Source: Neoechinorhynchus agilis | Taxonomy: Eukaryota; Animalia; Acanthocephala | Length of the DNA: 23,056 nt | Direction of reading: 5' to 3' | Assembly (NCBI GenBank): GCA_051530055.1 | Contig: JBMGUZ010000043.1 | Span: forward strand, 1 to 23,056 | Part shown: one piece after another, positions 1-13,220 of the stretch | How the letters are laid out: each line of letters begins with the position of its first letter | Position numbering within the stretch: the stretch's first letter is position 1 | Notes under the pieces: model-generated | Seen by the model: only the letters and a program-made list of their open reading frames with translations | Told to the model about the DNA's origin: nothing | Databases searched by the model: none | Translations under genes and position numbers: made by a program

Positions 1-3000
1 CGAAATCATTCATAAAAGAGCACAACGGCAACCACTTTCGGATTACGATGCGCATTCGATTTGACGTTGAGTGAAAACGTGAAAAAACGAAAGAAACGGA
101 CTTTTAATTTTTGAAACGTCGATCGAGTTACGTCGATATTCAAAGTGTTGATTTCTTTAGTAACGATTTTGAAGAATAATAAGCAAAGAAATGGCTAAAA
201 GTGTTAAATATAATAAAAAAATTGAAAAAGCCGCCCAGGGAAGATGCATTCGATGAACAAATCATCGAATATTTACAAAGCTACTTTAAAACAAACATTT
301 TTTCCATGCCTTGTTCAGTTCTACAGAACTCGCTTCCGAATTAAAGAAACACTCGCATCATTCCTGTGGACGATAATCCACACTGAACAAATCCTACAAA
401 TTTAAGCCGTCCAATTGTAATCCATTTAATTTAGGACTTCACATCATCTAACGTTTGATTTTTAGCCAAATCACAAACAGTAAATTCGCAATTCTCTTTG
501 GTTCGTAGGTATTTCATTCTTCAAATGAATGGAACCACAACCAATCACCAACAGTGAATTCCTATCTAAAGACCTTAAACTAAATTTTTGCTCTGGACGA
601 AGTTAAACAGCGTGTTTTAAAAACTCCTTGGATCCAGGAATCATTCGCTAAACTAAAAGATCCTGTATCTGAGATTTATTTAAGGCACGAAATCGATTTT
701 GAATGGATCTGTCTTTAAGAAAAGCACTACTAATAAGAAGATATTTTCGTATAAGGTTTAAAATGCCAACGAACTTTATTACTGATTTTTATTATTAGGA
801 TTGGATTTTATAGATTAATTTATGTGTATAGTCCAGATTCGTTAAGGTATACTAAGCCGCTTTAAATTTTAAACTTTATTTTCGGTTAGAATAAAACAAA
901 CAAACACAATGCCGTATTTACATTCTTGAGCGATTTTGGTTTATTGCAACTAAGAATTGTTTAAATCCAAACCAAACGGACATTGATAATTGTGAGCATT
1001 TAGCGGGCTAAAAACCCAATTATAATTGTCAAAACATTTTTAGTGTTAGAATAAAACAAAAAGTTAAATCCTAAACTGAATTTTCAAACTCACTTCGATT
1101 GCATTGCAATTATGTTTTGTCGATAATTAATTCAAACAATTTTACTCATTTTAAAGAATTCGGAGTAAAAAATTAAGCATCGGTTTCTCTAGATAGATAG
1201 CTAAATCCAAAGTTTTCTTTAATATTAGCTTAATTTCATTATTTTTAGGAATGAAAGTGGATGAATTGACTAATTTTGATGTACTCCGATCCCAATATTC
1301 ATACCTACGATTTAATCAAAGTCCAAATATTAATTACAAATTAGTTTTCATCGACATCATTCTACACTATTAACACAGCGAAATTTAATAATTAGAACAT
1401 TAATCTTTCGCCGTGAGCTACAGGCGAATAAAGTCGCAACATCAATAATATCCGTCCCTTTAGTGAGAAATGTTCTGATGCGACAATGCTTTCAGCCTTT
1501 AAAGACGAGGTAAACAATAAAAATAATTAATGCTTATCATTGTTAATATCATCGAGTTAAATTTATTGGTGTTATGTTTGGACGTCTTTGTTTGTAACAC
1601 TTTTATTGATCGTAATATTGGAAGAGATATTCATGTTAATTAGAACGTGAAAATGTTTATAGTTTTGTAAAAAAACGCAGATAATTGACCTGATTTGTTT
1701 TTTTTTGTTTTAAACTGCTTTTGCACGTTTGTTCAAATTGTTCAAAATCGGGAATATCTCATTTACGGAGATTAATTCTGCGCTTTCCAGATCAATATTT
1801 TTTTTGCTATGGACGAAATTTACAGGTTCCTACCAATTAAAAATATTAAGCTGTTAATCCTTAAAAACGTTAAACGATTAGTCCTGGTCGACATTTTTCC
1901 AAATTTATTAAGAATAAATAAATTTAATTGAAATTGATTAATCTTAGTTAAAGAAAGCGGCTAAATGATATGTTACGCATTTTATTAATTGCCATGGTTA
2001 TCAACCCCGTTAAAATATTAAGTTTTAAGAACTTCTACTTTTTTACGATTCATTTCTGGGAAGTTGGTTTTCGTGGAAGGCAGAAATATTGAAATCACTT
2101 GATTTGCTTCTTACGGACATACAAAGAAAAAGAGACCAAGAATTCGAATGGTCTTAAATAAACGACCATTTGAAAAAAACCGATTTTTCCCAATTATTAT
2201 AAGCTGCCTTGAATTTCTCACTAACGTTGCGATTCCTAAATCACAGATCGCTTAAGCTGGTTGCTTGTCTTAAAGAGCATTTAATATTCTTTGCTCAATT
2301 GAATTTTAAGAATTAGAGTAAAATGACTACAAAGCTAAATGACGGTCGCAGAATTTATCTGCCGTATGCATTTATATCAAACGATTCAAAAGATTTAATA
2401 AATGGAAGAGTATATTCGCCTTTAATTTTATATCTAAATCTTTACGACGAATCAGAATTCATATGAAGTTACCAATCTCAATAATCGTATAAAACTGTAC
2501 TATTTTTAATTTTAATGGTCAGACTTTGTGCAGTTGCCTTTCTTTAAGAAGATCGCTTATTTTAACTTCCTCTAAATAAATTCTTAGACCTCGTAAGCAA
2601 TGAACCGGTCGAAGATTTTTATTCGACGACGAACATGAATATCACGGATTGCAAATAACGGAAGCTTGTTGAAGTTCTCGAATAGGACTCAGCGCGAGGA
2701 TTGCTAGTGCATAAATAAAAGTGGATAATTTTAGATTGCGCTTGAAAGCATGTTGTTATCATTCACGTGGGTTTTTGTTTCAAAACATAACGCTATCGTA
2801 AGCTCAATGTTTTTCCAAATGATCATTCCGTATTCCCCATTTTTCGTATTACTGCCGGTAATATCTTCTTGCATAAAAAGATTCCGATTGCAGTTTGCTT
2901 AGGTGTACGTTTTTCGCGAAAACGTTCGCATTACATTTCTCTTGAAAATTTTCGGATAAAAAGCTAAATGAAACCCTGGAGGTTCTATTTAGATCTTCAC

Positions 3001-3544
3001 CCGTTAGATAATTTTTTATTAAATACATTTCAAATCCCGTCGGGTTCATCACCAGTTGCAATTCACTCTTCACTCACTTTTTGGGATTTGCTTTTGAAAA
3101 ATACAACCATCCGTTGCACTAAATACTCCAAATTTATGTTCGAATTTTTTGGCAATTATGTGCTTTATTTATAAAATATCAAACCTTAGAGAACCGGGCA
3201 TTTTCTTAGATGTTAGCATTTTTGAAAATACTCCGAATATTCTGACACTAAACGCATGGCATTAAGACAAAAAACATTGAATTTACATTGAGAATGATAA
3301 GTAGAGACTTAAACAGCTACTACCGAACATTTTGAGACAGATCCTGTGGAGTACTTAGTAGTGGAAAAAACTATTGTTTAAATTATTTTTTAACATAAAA
3401 TATATTTTCCCGAAGTCAAAATATTTATTCTTTAAATTACAATATATTCATGGAATACCCCTGTATCAATCTTCGAATTTTAGTTAGAATCCTCCGTTTG
3501 TCGTACGCGATGTCTTGCATATGAGATTCTAGATAAAACAATAA

Positions 3545-4349
3545 ATGGATCCAAACACACCAACGGCGAATAAATTTAGCGTTATTAGTCCTGCTCCTAA
3601 GGACGTTGGGCCCCTAAAGATTTTCCTCGAAGATCAACTTGAGGATCTTCGAACATGCCCAATCTGTTTAGATACGTTTAAAGATCCGCGTGCTCTTCCT
3701 TGTTGTCATACCTTCTGTTGTCAATGCATTGAGAAAATTGTAGAAAACGAGCGTCGGATATCGTGTCCTTGTTGCCGTAGAGTATTTAACCTGAACGGAA
3801 AGCCAAGCGATGTTTTATATCGCAATCATCGTGCAGCTACTTTGATCGAGTTAAAACCGATTGAAATTCAATCTCCAAAGAAGTGTGATTCATGCGAAAA
3901 TGCTGCCTTGGATTTATGCTTCCATTACAATCGAAGTGCCTGCCAAAACTGCGTAGTCTCTCATCATAAAGACCAACTTGAGAGCAATAGAAAACTGGTT
4001 AGAGAAATTGAACAGTTGACGGCGAAGACGATAGGTTAGTAGAAATTTTCAGTTTTTATGTGTGCTTGTCGCAATCCAATTATTCTTAGAATTTCTTGCT
4101 CAAACTCGTAGTCGTTTTGAACAACTGATGAATGACCACAAGTCGAGTCCTACGGTTGAGCGAAATGAGGCATTAGAAGATCTAAAGGAAAGTTCGCAGA
4201 AGTGTCGTAAAACATTAATGGAACTTAAGATCTGCGCACTTGCTACAATCCGGGATCTATCTCAATCGCAAGAAAGTGATGTTGAAAGGGCTACAAGATG
4301 TCTTGAAGCGATTAATAAAATTAAAAATGAAATGTGCGATTTAAAATAA
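3545..4349 (+). CDS. TRIM-like (RING, B-box-like, coiled-coil) E3 ligase gene, exons 3545-4034 and 4090-4349; possibly truncated or pseudogenising
   Basis: C3HC4 RING CPICLDTFKDPRALPCCHTFCCQCIEKIVENERRISCPCCR at 3656-3778. It is followed by the B-box-like CDSCENAALDLCFHYNRSACQNCVVSHH and a helical, coiled-coil-like region. The two listed ORFs join in frame across a GT-AG intron (...KTI-E-FLAQTRSRF...). Confidence 0.8.
4035..4089 (+). other. 55-nt spliceosomal intron of the TRIM-like gene
   Basis: Donor G|GTTAGT at 4035 and acceptor TTCTTAG| at 4089. Removing it skips the TAG at 4037-4039 and restores one frame (G+AA = Glu). Confidence 0.75.
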
Positions 4350-5923
4350 AGACTGTTTGGATTTGCGATGTGAGTTTAGAAGATCTTCAAATGAACTAGT
4401 AGTGGAAGGTACGACTCCGGTCAAGGATTTTCTTCATCGATGAGCGAAACCTTCCGCACGTCACACGTAAATTCTCGATTCTATGAATTCCCAAAAACAA
4501 ATTATTCTTTTAGGCATATTTTCAGCTGTTAGCACAGTTATATAGTAGGCGTGAATTCTAAAATTAAACTGATTTTTTAAAGTTGTTTAAAAGGCCATAT
4601 TTTAAATAATTGGATGTATTAAAGTTTTTGGAAACGATTACTTCAAATGTCTATGAAAAATATTATCTTGTATTTAAACTAAAGTTTAAATATGAGCTAA
4701 ATATCAAAAGTTAAGCCGGTAAGTGAAACTTTTGGCATCTAAAACCAATAAAACCGGATTCTTGTTCTTCATGAAAATATAATTATCCAGATTGACAACA
4801 TGAATTCTCTTTAATTTTATTTTCTTGAAGGTATTCTAAGTCAATTTCCAGAGGGGAAATTTATAAAATGAGTTATTTGTAATTTTCTTGTGACTAAACC
4901 TGCTTCATACACTTCCTAAATTAAAAACGATTTTCGCTTTGTTTATGTTAATTTTCAGATCGCTTACTTCAATTGGTTGTTCCCAACGCACCATTATATT
5001 CATTGGTAAATCACAGAAATGAAATGCTAGTCAGAGCATCAAGAGCGATCGGTCATCAAAGCTGAGTTGAGAATCAAATAGTCTCAATGGTTTCATGGCT
5101 AAAACCAAGGTTTTATCGATTGCAAATTATGCTTCGAATTTAATCATTATTTGACAAGAATATAATCGAGGATGAAAACTGTTCGATTCGATGATAAGTA
5201 GGCAATGAAAAATTAACGAATACATCCCCTAAAATTTCTCGTTTTTCTTGTCAAAATGGAGAAATTGAATTGCAAATACAGGACGGTGGTGTGAATGATT
5301 TAATGTCCAAAAAAATGACGTGGCTTCGGCAAAAATCAAATATTAACACTTTGTTTCGGAAAATTTTTTAAGAAAGATTGAATTCTAACGTTCTTATGAA
5401 TTTTATACCAATTTATTTCAGAGTATTGCTGCGTAGCTTTGTAATCAAATGCATATCCGTACTTAGAAAAAAATTTGGATAAAAACTTTTGAACACTGTT
5501 GATTCAGAAAATGCTTCACTTCCCTTCATTTGAAGACAGGTAAACTTAACCGTGGATTGATGTCCTCAATGCTGCCTTCTTTTGATATGTATATGAATAT
5601 AATTTTTAAACAAATTATAATGCTCTCATTATCAAGCGACAGACCAAAATGTTGAAGGTCATTCTTAGATAAAGCATCTACAATCATCGATTGAAAATCC
5701 TTCGGGGAAACTGCCAAACCGGAAGTTCGGGGCCAATTATCCGCTCGATACGTTTTTCCATGATTTTAGTATTGATTTTTAACACGTTGCTGGCTGAAGT
5801 TTCAAGCTATAATTAGCTTTATTTCCTTCCATTGTGTTGGACTCAGCGATGTGTAAGGCCTTCAAAATAAGACATCTTTTTAGGTTTTGTTCTATTTATA
5901 CACAGGGATTCTCAATTCACGCG

Positions 5924-6130
5924 TCACAATACATCCGGTGGGAGTCGCATCCTTAATTTGAAATCAAGTTTATTGTCCTCGAACGTTTCGAACCTATTTA
6001 TATATAAGGCTTCGATGATAATACGTTCGAAACGCCGGTCATTGCCAACTAGTGTTGTAGCGGCACTAAAATCAATAGTGTGCCCTGTGTTTTTTGCACG
6101 GGCCACCACTGCGGAACTAATATCCAGAAT
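5924..6130 (-). mobile_element. Penelope-like element relic: C-terminal part of the GIY-YIG endonuclease
   Basis: SSAVVARAKNTGHTIDFSAATTLVGNDRRFERIIIEALYI matches the Penelope GIY-YIG C-terminal pattern SAvaeHa..tgH.idf..a.il....n...R.i.EalyI. A TATAAATAG box follows downstream on the same strand. Confidence 0.7.
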
Positions 6131-6199
6131 GTTTTCGCAACCACCAAGTGTTGCGACGGAGGATAGCATACGGCAATCCAATTCACTGAAAATTAAGGT

Positions 6200-6960
6200 A
6201 CCTCCGGACATACGGAGGCACCTTCTAAGTGATCGTTCAGAGGGTGACACACGGCCACCCACAAAGCTTCAAACTTCAATAGGTGATACATACAAAATTA
6301 TATACTTCGATCGGCCCGTTAAAAAGGACGATTACGTAACCAAAATATCTGCGATTCCAATCGCATCAAAGGAAGCCACATGGGGATGTTTCCTCAAACC
6401 ATGGCTGAAAACAAAGAAGGATAGTATACTAAGAATCAGATCAACTTCATTCTGGAATGGTACTTTAAAAATTGTCTTCGTCAACAACACTGAAATGGAC
6501 GATTTCGAATCCTTTGTGAACGGTCGGCACGACGAAAAAATTCCAACATTCAATCCTTCCGCAACAAAGCAACTTTCATTGCTCACAACATTGGGAGTTT
6601 ATCTTCGCCTGATACGATTCAAGACTTTGAGATTAAATTTTTCTTCAAATCCAGGAAGACGGGAAAGGCAATTCCAGTGGGAATAGTTGAAATTGACATG
6701 GATAAAATGGAAACTCTTTGCTCCCGCAAATGGATATTCCAGTGTATGGAAATCACATTTACAAAAAATTCAAATACAGAATCAAATCTCGTGTACCCAC
6801 AATGCCACATATGCCTACAGTGGCGACACTGGAATCAAAACTGTCCCAATAGAACCCAAAAATGTTGCTTCTGTGCTGAGGATGGGTTGTTAAAGCTACG
6901 ATTCTGAACCATTGAAGTTAGGGTCGTCTTACAAAAAATTGTGAAATTGCCATTTTAAAG
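6200..6960 (+). pseudogene. Frameshifted ORF1 (gag-like, CCHC zinc knuckles) of an APE-type LINE
   Basis: CHICLQWRHWNQNC (C-x2-C-x4-H-x4-C) at 6803-6844, followed by the second-knuckle start KCCFCAEDG. It lies directly upstream of ORF2 relics. The left boundary is approximate. Confidence 0.65.
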
Positions 6961-7057
6961 CCAGAGACAATAAATGATTTATAAGCGATGTTGAGGAAAA
7001 AGATAGGAACTATGCCAGCCTTATGAACACGACCTCCACCGGCTGCGAGCTGGGACA

Positions 7058-8710
7058 TTGAACTTAGTAATAAAAAGTTCCATGAAGTCACAAAATACAA
7101 ATCGTATTCGGAACAAAAATGACGAAAACGACTTACCTCGAATCTTATCCTCTGGCCATTCCCAAATAATCCTCCCTCCTTCCGCTAATCCTCAACGTTC
7201 CCACTCACGAAATTGGTCTCGCGTAATCTCTCTTCACACAGAAAATCAATTTTTCACCCGAACGCCTCGAAAGTTATGCTTTCTCTAATTAATATATTCT
7301 CCTTTTGCATGATAACAGCTATTCCTAAGAAAACCATTCGCTTTTCCAGCCGAGATCCACTTTGGAAGTGTCCTTTCTTGAAAATGCTACAAATAAAGGC
7401 GAATAAAACATACCATCCATGCAATCCTGATTTGAGCTGCCTTCAATCCTCGCTGGTGCACCACATTCTCAACTCGCGCAATACCTTTCTTGCACATAAA
7501 TTCGCCTCCTCCCCCACTAACCTCTCGTGGAAAAACACGAAAAGCGCCCTTCCAAACTTTCAAACTCCGACCTCCTTGATGCACTAAACCCTATCAATGT
7601 GCAACTTTGCGACTGTCATTCGAACACAAACAAATAGTCATCCCCTTCCATATCTACACCACCGTTCTCAGTTTCTACAGCTTCACCTCTCATGATTTCC
7701 AAGTATGATATTCTCATGCTTCTTCGGAAACTACCTCGCAAATCATCCCCTAACTCTCTCATTCACAACTGAACTCTACGCTTTATCATCCCAGATTTAT
7801 TTGATTCACTTACCCATATAATCAATAGAAGTTTCAAGACCGGAATCTTCCCTAGTCGCCTTAAAACAGATCGGGTAATCCTGCTCCTGAAAGCATCTAA
7901 ACTTATATGCACCTCAAGTTTTCGACCCATCTCTTTCTTACCTTCATTCTCTAAAGTCTTGGAGAGATGCTTTAAAGCACACCTTCTGCCAACCTTCAAT
8001 CGAAAAATTTCATCCATTCAATTCGTTTCCGGCCCAAATTTTCTGCAACCGATGCCCTACTTTGCATTTATGATACGCTCCTACGAAACCTCGACAATAA
8101 TCCCTCCCAATTCACCCGTATCATTTAACAGGATTTATTGAATGCATTCTACTCCGTGGACCATTCACTCCTTCTCCGATTTTGGTCTCAACTTGTAGCA
8201 GATCCGCTGGCTTGAATCTAATCTTTACAATCGCAAACAATACATTCACTGCCGTTCTACCTCTTCTATCAGCCTATCCCTCACCTAAGGCGTACCTCAA
8301 GGTGCTGTTCTGTCACTACTTCTTTTTAATATTTTCTTAGACGACCTTCAACTTCTTTCCTCTTTCTCAAAGCTTTTCTTATATGCCGATGATATCACCC
8401 TCATCACCCATTGACCACCCCACCTCTCCCTTTCCTTAACGTGTTATTATTATAAATCACACACACACACATAAAGGATTTTTTCACCAATCTGAAATGA
8501 ACTTGAGGAAATACCAACCTACAAGCGTTCCTGCAAGCTATAACCGCCAATCCCCCCACAAGAACGGGCCTTCCAACCCGACGTGATATTCCCACCCGCA
8601 CGGACTCGTAATCCACTCCAAAATCAATACCCAGATTTATTTATCAAATCAGAACTCGAGTGTTTATGAAGACCAAAAGATACACTGGTCCCCTTACATT
8701 AACAAATAAA
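7058..8710 (+). mobile_element. Decayed LINE ORF2: end of the APE domain plus RT (Jockey/I/CR1-L2 group; clade not assignable by eye)
   Basis: Manual translation across stops and frameshifts. SSGHSQII resembles the APE SDH motif (about 7147-7170). LTHIINRSFKTGIFPSRLK...FRPISFLPSFSKVLE starts at 7803, then FRPKFSATDAL and DLLNAFYSVDHSLLL. GVPQG is at 8289-8303, YADD at 8382-8393 and AATAAA at 8705-8710. Confidence 0.9.
8444..8471. repeat. Short microsatellites: (TTA)3 and (CA)7
   Basis: ttattattat at 8444-8453 and cacacacacacaca at 8458-8471, where RT similarity breaks off after YADD. Confidence 0.8.
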
Positions 8711-10096
8711 ATGTGTTATTGCGTCGTGGATTATTATTCTCGCAGGAAAAGAAACTTTTTTTTTAATTTTACCACCCTGGGCATTTTAATAAACTAATTT
8801 ATTTCCCCGATATTTCGTCGGATAATTCCGAAATTTTATGTATGTTAAAAAAACTTACAAGCAATGGCAAACCTTGATAATGTCGGAATTTTCCGTCGAA
8901 ATGTCGGAAATAAATCAGTGAATCTAAATCCGGGGTGACAATACTACCAAAAGAAAATGAACTCTTTGTGTTTGACATTGGGTTATTCGAACGTTTTCCG
9001 ATTTTCGGATCCTTTGAAGGCAATCTATCGAAAGGCGACGGGCCTTGGAAAACCTGACAGTAATCGTTCAAACCGCTGCCTCCTAATGAAATAAATACAA
9101 CTCATCCTATCCATTTCCATTCGCTGTCTGCAAAATATATTTTTGACTAAATTCCCAAAAAGTTAGTTTCATTAAAGTATCTTAACCTTGAGTGTCATAA
9201 AAGGTTATTGGAAGCAACATCATGGATACTACCGATTCAATGTTCTAAAGTTAAATTTGTATTCCCGTTTCTATGTCTTATGTTTTATTGTTTGAAACAT
9301 TATTTGTTAAGCATCGACAGCACTGATTCTAACACTCTTAAAATCCTCAAAATATTTGCATAAACTTACTTTTACAATCTCAAATGGTGTTTGTTCAATG
9401 GAAATTAGCGTTATGAGGCTGAATTCGAAAATATTCTATGTGGCAGGATGACATTTTACAGTTTTTTTAGTTCAATGAGCGAAAAACATCCACGTACAAA
9501 TGTACCACAATTGCAAAACTCTTTTTTGCTTACTCGTCTTCTCCGTTTTTCAACGAAGCAGTTTACTTGAAGAGTGTTTTCGAGTTGAAATCTATTTTGA
9601 TGTTGCTATTCGATCACGGTTTTGTATCGGGAAAATAGAATATTTTCGTGAAAACAAACAGGAGTATAAATGGAGTTCATTCGAGCTTCACTTTCAATCC
9701 GAATGAAGCTTCTCGTCTGTCTTCTTCTCGCCATCTTTCTTTTCTACGAATTCAGGGCCGCCGCTCCCTTAAAGCCACTTCAACGTGTTTTCTAAATTTC
9801 GAAGGCGTATAATTAAAAAAGAAGATACTAAATTAGGTTCAATGGGTAAAGGATTTAATTGTTTGCTACCGATTAAATATTGGTTATTGAACATAATTTT
9901 TGAATTCACATTGTAAAAACGCACTTGTTTAATTCGATATTGCAGTTTTATCAATATAATACAGAATTTTATTTAAAGAAAAAATTTATACCTACAATTT
10001 AATCCTGCTAATAAATAGCGCACTTTCTCCACTTAATGCTTAGTTCAGTATTCGTAATATTGTTTATTTAATTTAAAAATTTTTTTTACGAAAGGG

Positions 10097-13000
10097 TTTT
10101 TTTTAAGCAAGCATACATAATTTATAGTTTCTTCAACGCTCCTATTCATCGGCGCTGGCCAAAATGCTGGCCGCATTGCCCCGCTGCACCGCAATGCTTA
10201 TTTTTTGCGCCAAGAACGACGTCGATCTTGGCTCTCCAGTCGCCGCGTTGATTCGTTTCCCCAAGTCCTTCAGGAGGGCTAGCGCCGACCCTCCCAAGGC
10301 CACATACGTTTCCACACCGAAGGGGACAAAATGGTAATTTCTTTTTAGCTCCCTGTATTTTGAGCATTTCCGATCCTCTGCAGCCGTCGCCGCTCCTCCT
10401 GGACCTTTTTTCGAGTGGCTGATGTTGGAGTTTGCCACCGTGTCCACACACGTTGCATCCCACAACAAACATTTTCCCTCCCGCCAAGGAAATACGGTCT
10501 ACAAAGATTAGCGGGTTCTAGATTGTTTGGAAGGGAAAGCGTTTTTAGAGTCCTACTCGGAATGGCATTGATTTCAGCATGCCTTGGAAATCGTCCCGAT
10601 GACGTCTTGCATATGAGATCGTGTCTCCCCGAAGAGTCCACTAGTGCCGCAGCGGCAGCGATGCGGGATGCAAATCGGTAGACCTAATCTCAAGGATACT
10701 GCGATCCTGACGACTGAGTCAGCAAGGAGATTTCCAAATTTACCTACAGGGAGAGCATTCAGCCACGCTCCCGGCTCCTTCGTGGAACAGGCTACCAGCC
10801 GGACCTGAGACACCTCATCCAGAAGATCTTTGAAAGAGTTGTGAATCTTCTGAACAAGAGGAATGTCTCAAGACGACTGTTTGCACTCATTTGCGGGGAG
10901 CTGGTTGATGCCTGTCAATTGATGCCATTGAGATAATCCCGTGGCAAAGACCAAATCCTTCACTGATGTGCCTAAAATGGCATTGACATAGACTTTACTT
11001 GCCCGGCAAGAGGAGAGGAAGGCAGGTAAAGCGACGTCTGAAGTGGTGCGAACTCCCAAACCACCATAAGCCGTGGGAAAAGTAGCCTGTCGCCAACCTG
11101 TGTTAGAAAATTTGACATTCAATTTATGTCCCAGCCGCTTACGAATTACCCCGCCGAGCTCTCCTAACAATTTGTCTTCTCCGAAACATGGAGCTGCTCT
11201 TAGCTTATGAAGCAATTTCTGCATATAGAGGCAATTCTTGATCAAGAAGAGACCCTCATGTGCCGACAGCTCAGAAGTTCGGCCGCAGAGCAACTCCATT
11301 TTCGCGATTTGTGCGCGCAGGTCCTTCGCAACATTCTCAGCAAGAACGCAGCTCCCGAGGAGTGTGAGCTGGTCAAGGATTATCAAACCTAGACCAGGAG
11401 CAACTGATTCAAAATCGCTAGAGATTTGAGAGCGCTCGTTTTCAGTTGCGTTCAGGATGAGAAGTTCGCATTTTTGGGGATTTACTTCTATTCCCAAGCG
11501 GTCAGCTTCATTCGCGATCCTTTGAAGGTCGCTCAAAACAACACTTGGATCGCCACCGAGTGTGGAATTGTCCAAGTACCAAGCGTTGAAAGAAGAAAAC
11601 ATTGAATGGGCAAGATTATTTACTGCGGCGGAGAAGCCTATGGGGCCGAGTGGATCTCCCTGTTGTGCACCGCTCTGCGACCAAATTATTTTGTCGTTGT
11701 ACAGCAGTGACATGTTTAGCATATGCTCTCCAGAAATAGGGTAAGCCTCTGGGACGACATCCTCAATTGCTTTTAACATTATTTCCCTTTTTAAGGTATT
11801 GAAAGCATTTTTAAAATCTATTTTCAGAATTGCTGTTGGCTTAGTTCTTTGGGGGATAAATTTTCGCAGAGCATGCACGACCGCTTCAACTCAACAAGGA
11901 GTGCAGCAACCTAACTGACAGGGTCTTAAAAATTCTCCCGTTTTATCGGAGATTCTCCTGCATAAAACTTTCGTGGCTAACCTACGCAAAGTACAGCCAA
12001 TGGCGATGGGACGAATTCCACCATCTTTCTTGGACAAAGCACACAAAGAGGCGCCGAAGAAAATATGTGTAGCCAAATTGCCAATGGAGCCCTCGATGAA
12101 AATATCAACTATTTTAAGCAAAGCAGTTCCGAGGGCTATTCCCGAAGCACCTGTAGAAAAAGACATCATGTCTTTGAAGTGCTGTGGACGCAAGCCATCC
12201 GGCCCGTGTCCTGAGCCATTGGCGAAGGAGGACACAGCTTTCCTTATTTCTAAACTATTTGCTCGGAAATCCCGAGCAGTTGGTGTAAAATTGGTGGAGT
12301 TCGACTCCGATGATGGATGCAACTTTAATAGAGCCTCAAAAGTTGTGCCATGATTTGGCGCAAAATTTTCAGTTGAGGCTAGAAGCCGAACCGCACCGCG
12401 AACATCCCCGTCTGCGAGCTTCGCCGATACGCGTTGACCCAGTGGCCGGACTGTGCCTTGTTTACGGCTTTTACTAGACGAATTTTCGGGAGTCGCTGAG
12501 GATTGGGTCATTCTCTTTAAATTCGCGTCGAACTCCACTAACCTATTTTTAATGTTGGATGTCAAATTCCCCGATATTGAGTTGCTAGAGCTAAGAACAA
12601 GGCGGGGGAAAGCAAAAAGTTTTACCCAATCAATATCCTCATTGTTCTCAGCACAAGGTTGCAATAGATTTGTGTATGATTGTGCCACCTGGGTTCTTGT
12701 CCCCTTGGGAATGTGCTTTAAAATTGTTGTTGGTAAAACCCGGGAAAGGGATTCCAAAGATGGGGTTTGACAGTTTGGCGACAAGCTCTCGTTAGGTTTA
12801 GCCGGTCGCGATAAAGATAAGGATGCAGGAATGCTCGGCCGAGATGGGAGAGGTTGGTACGAGCCAGGACACCGGGAATCAATGGGCCCATGCACCCTAA
12901 ATAGGCCAACCTTTGTTAAATGTATTTCCCGTTCGCAGAAGGGGCAAATCGCGGGAACGTATGGGGCATGCTGGGAGGTGCCAACTTGCTTCAAAGTGGT

Positions 13001-13220
13001 GGGCGGTGACTTCGGGGTGGTCGGAACTTCGTCGCGTTGCGTAGAGGAAGCGGTGCTGGTGATTGACGTGGGGTTGGTCGTCACTAGGTCGTCTGTTTGG
13101 TTATCGATTTCGGCCCGAGCGGAGCGAGGGCCAGCAAGGGGATGGCACTGGTGGCATCGTTGACGGCACTGGTGGCATCGTCGACGGCGGTGGTGGCATC
13201 GTTGACGGCGGTGATTGCCT
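10097..13220 (-). mobile_element. CRE-clade non-LTR retrotransposon, copy 1, near full length but inactivated
   Basis: One ancestral ORF. N-terminal CPFC-x14-H-x6-CPGS zinc finger. RT motifs SGHGPDGLRPQH, KKDGGIRPIAIG, KIDFKNAFN, QQGDPLGP and WYLDN (11567-11578 for YLDN). Then GGLG, AWLNALP, a CRCG...H...C knuckle and the restriction-like endonuclease region (EP...WDAT...KCSKY...FVPFGVET...AVQRGNA). Short 3' UTR ending in A8 (T8 at 10097-10104). Visibly more GC-rich than the flanks. Broken by in-frame TGA at 11891-11893 and 10868-10870 and by indels near 10640 and 10498. Confidence 0.9.
13144..13213. repeat. 21-bp tandem repeat (3.3 units) at the 5' end of CRE copy 1
   Basis: ggcactggtggcatcgttgac / ggcactggtggcatcgtcgac / ggcggtggtggcatcgttgac / ggcggtg. 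Confidence 0.95.

Noticed and set aside
5526-5760. LTR/Gypsy-like RT fragment (GLAVSPKDFQSMIVDAL) on the minus strand
   Set aside because: The resemblance is to one motif only, with no YxDD and no neighbouring LTR-element domains.
5958-6200. Treating the whole 242-aa ORF 5958-6686 as one gene
   Set aside because: Its 5' third is the antisense of the Penelope GIY-YIG relic. Only the 3' part plausibly belongs to LINE ORF1.
13108-13135. HDV-like ribozyme at the CRE 5' end (GGCCC…GGGCC stem)
   Set aside because: Only 11 nt lie between the two strands, too few for P2/P3/L3. It is a simple hairpin at best.
13144-13213. CRISPR-like array
   Set aside because: The units are directly adjacent with no unique spacers, no cas genes are present, and the context is eukaryotic.
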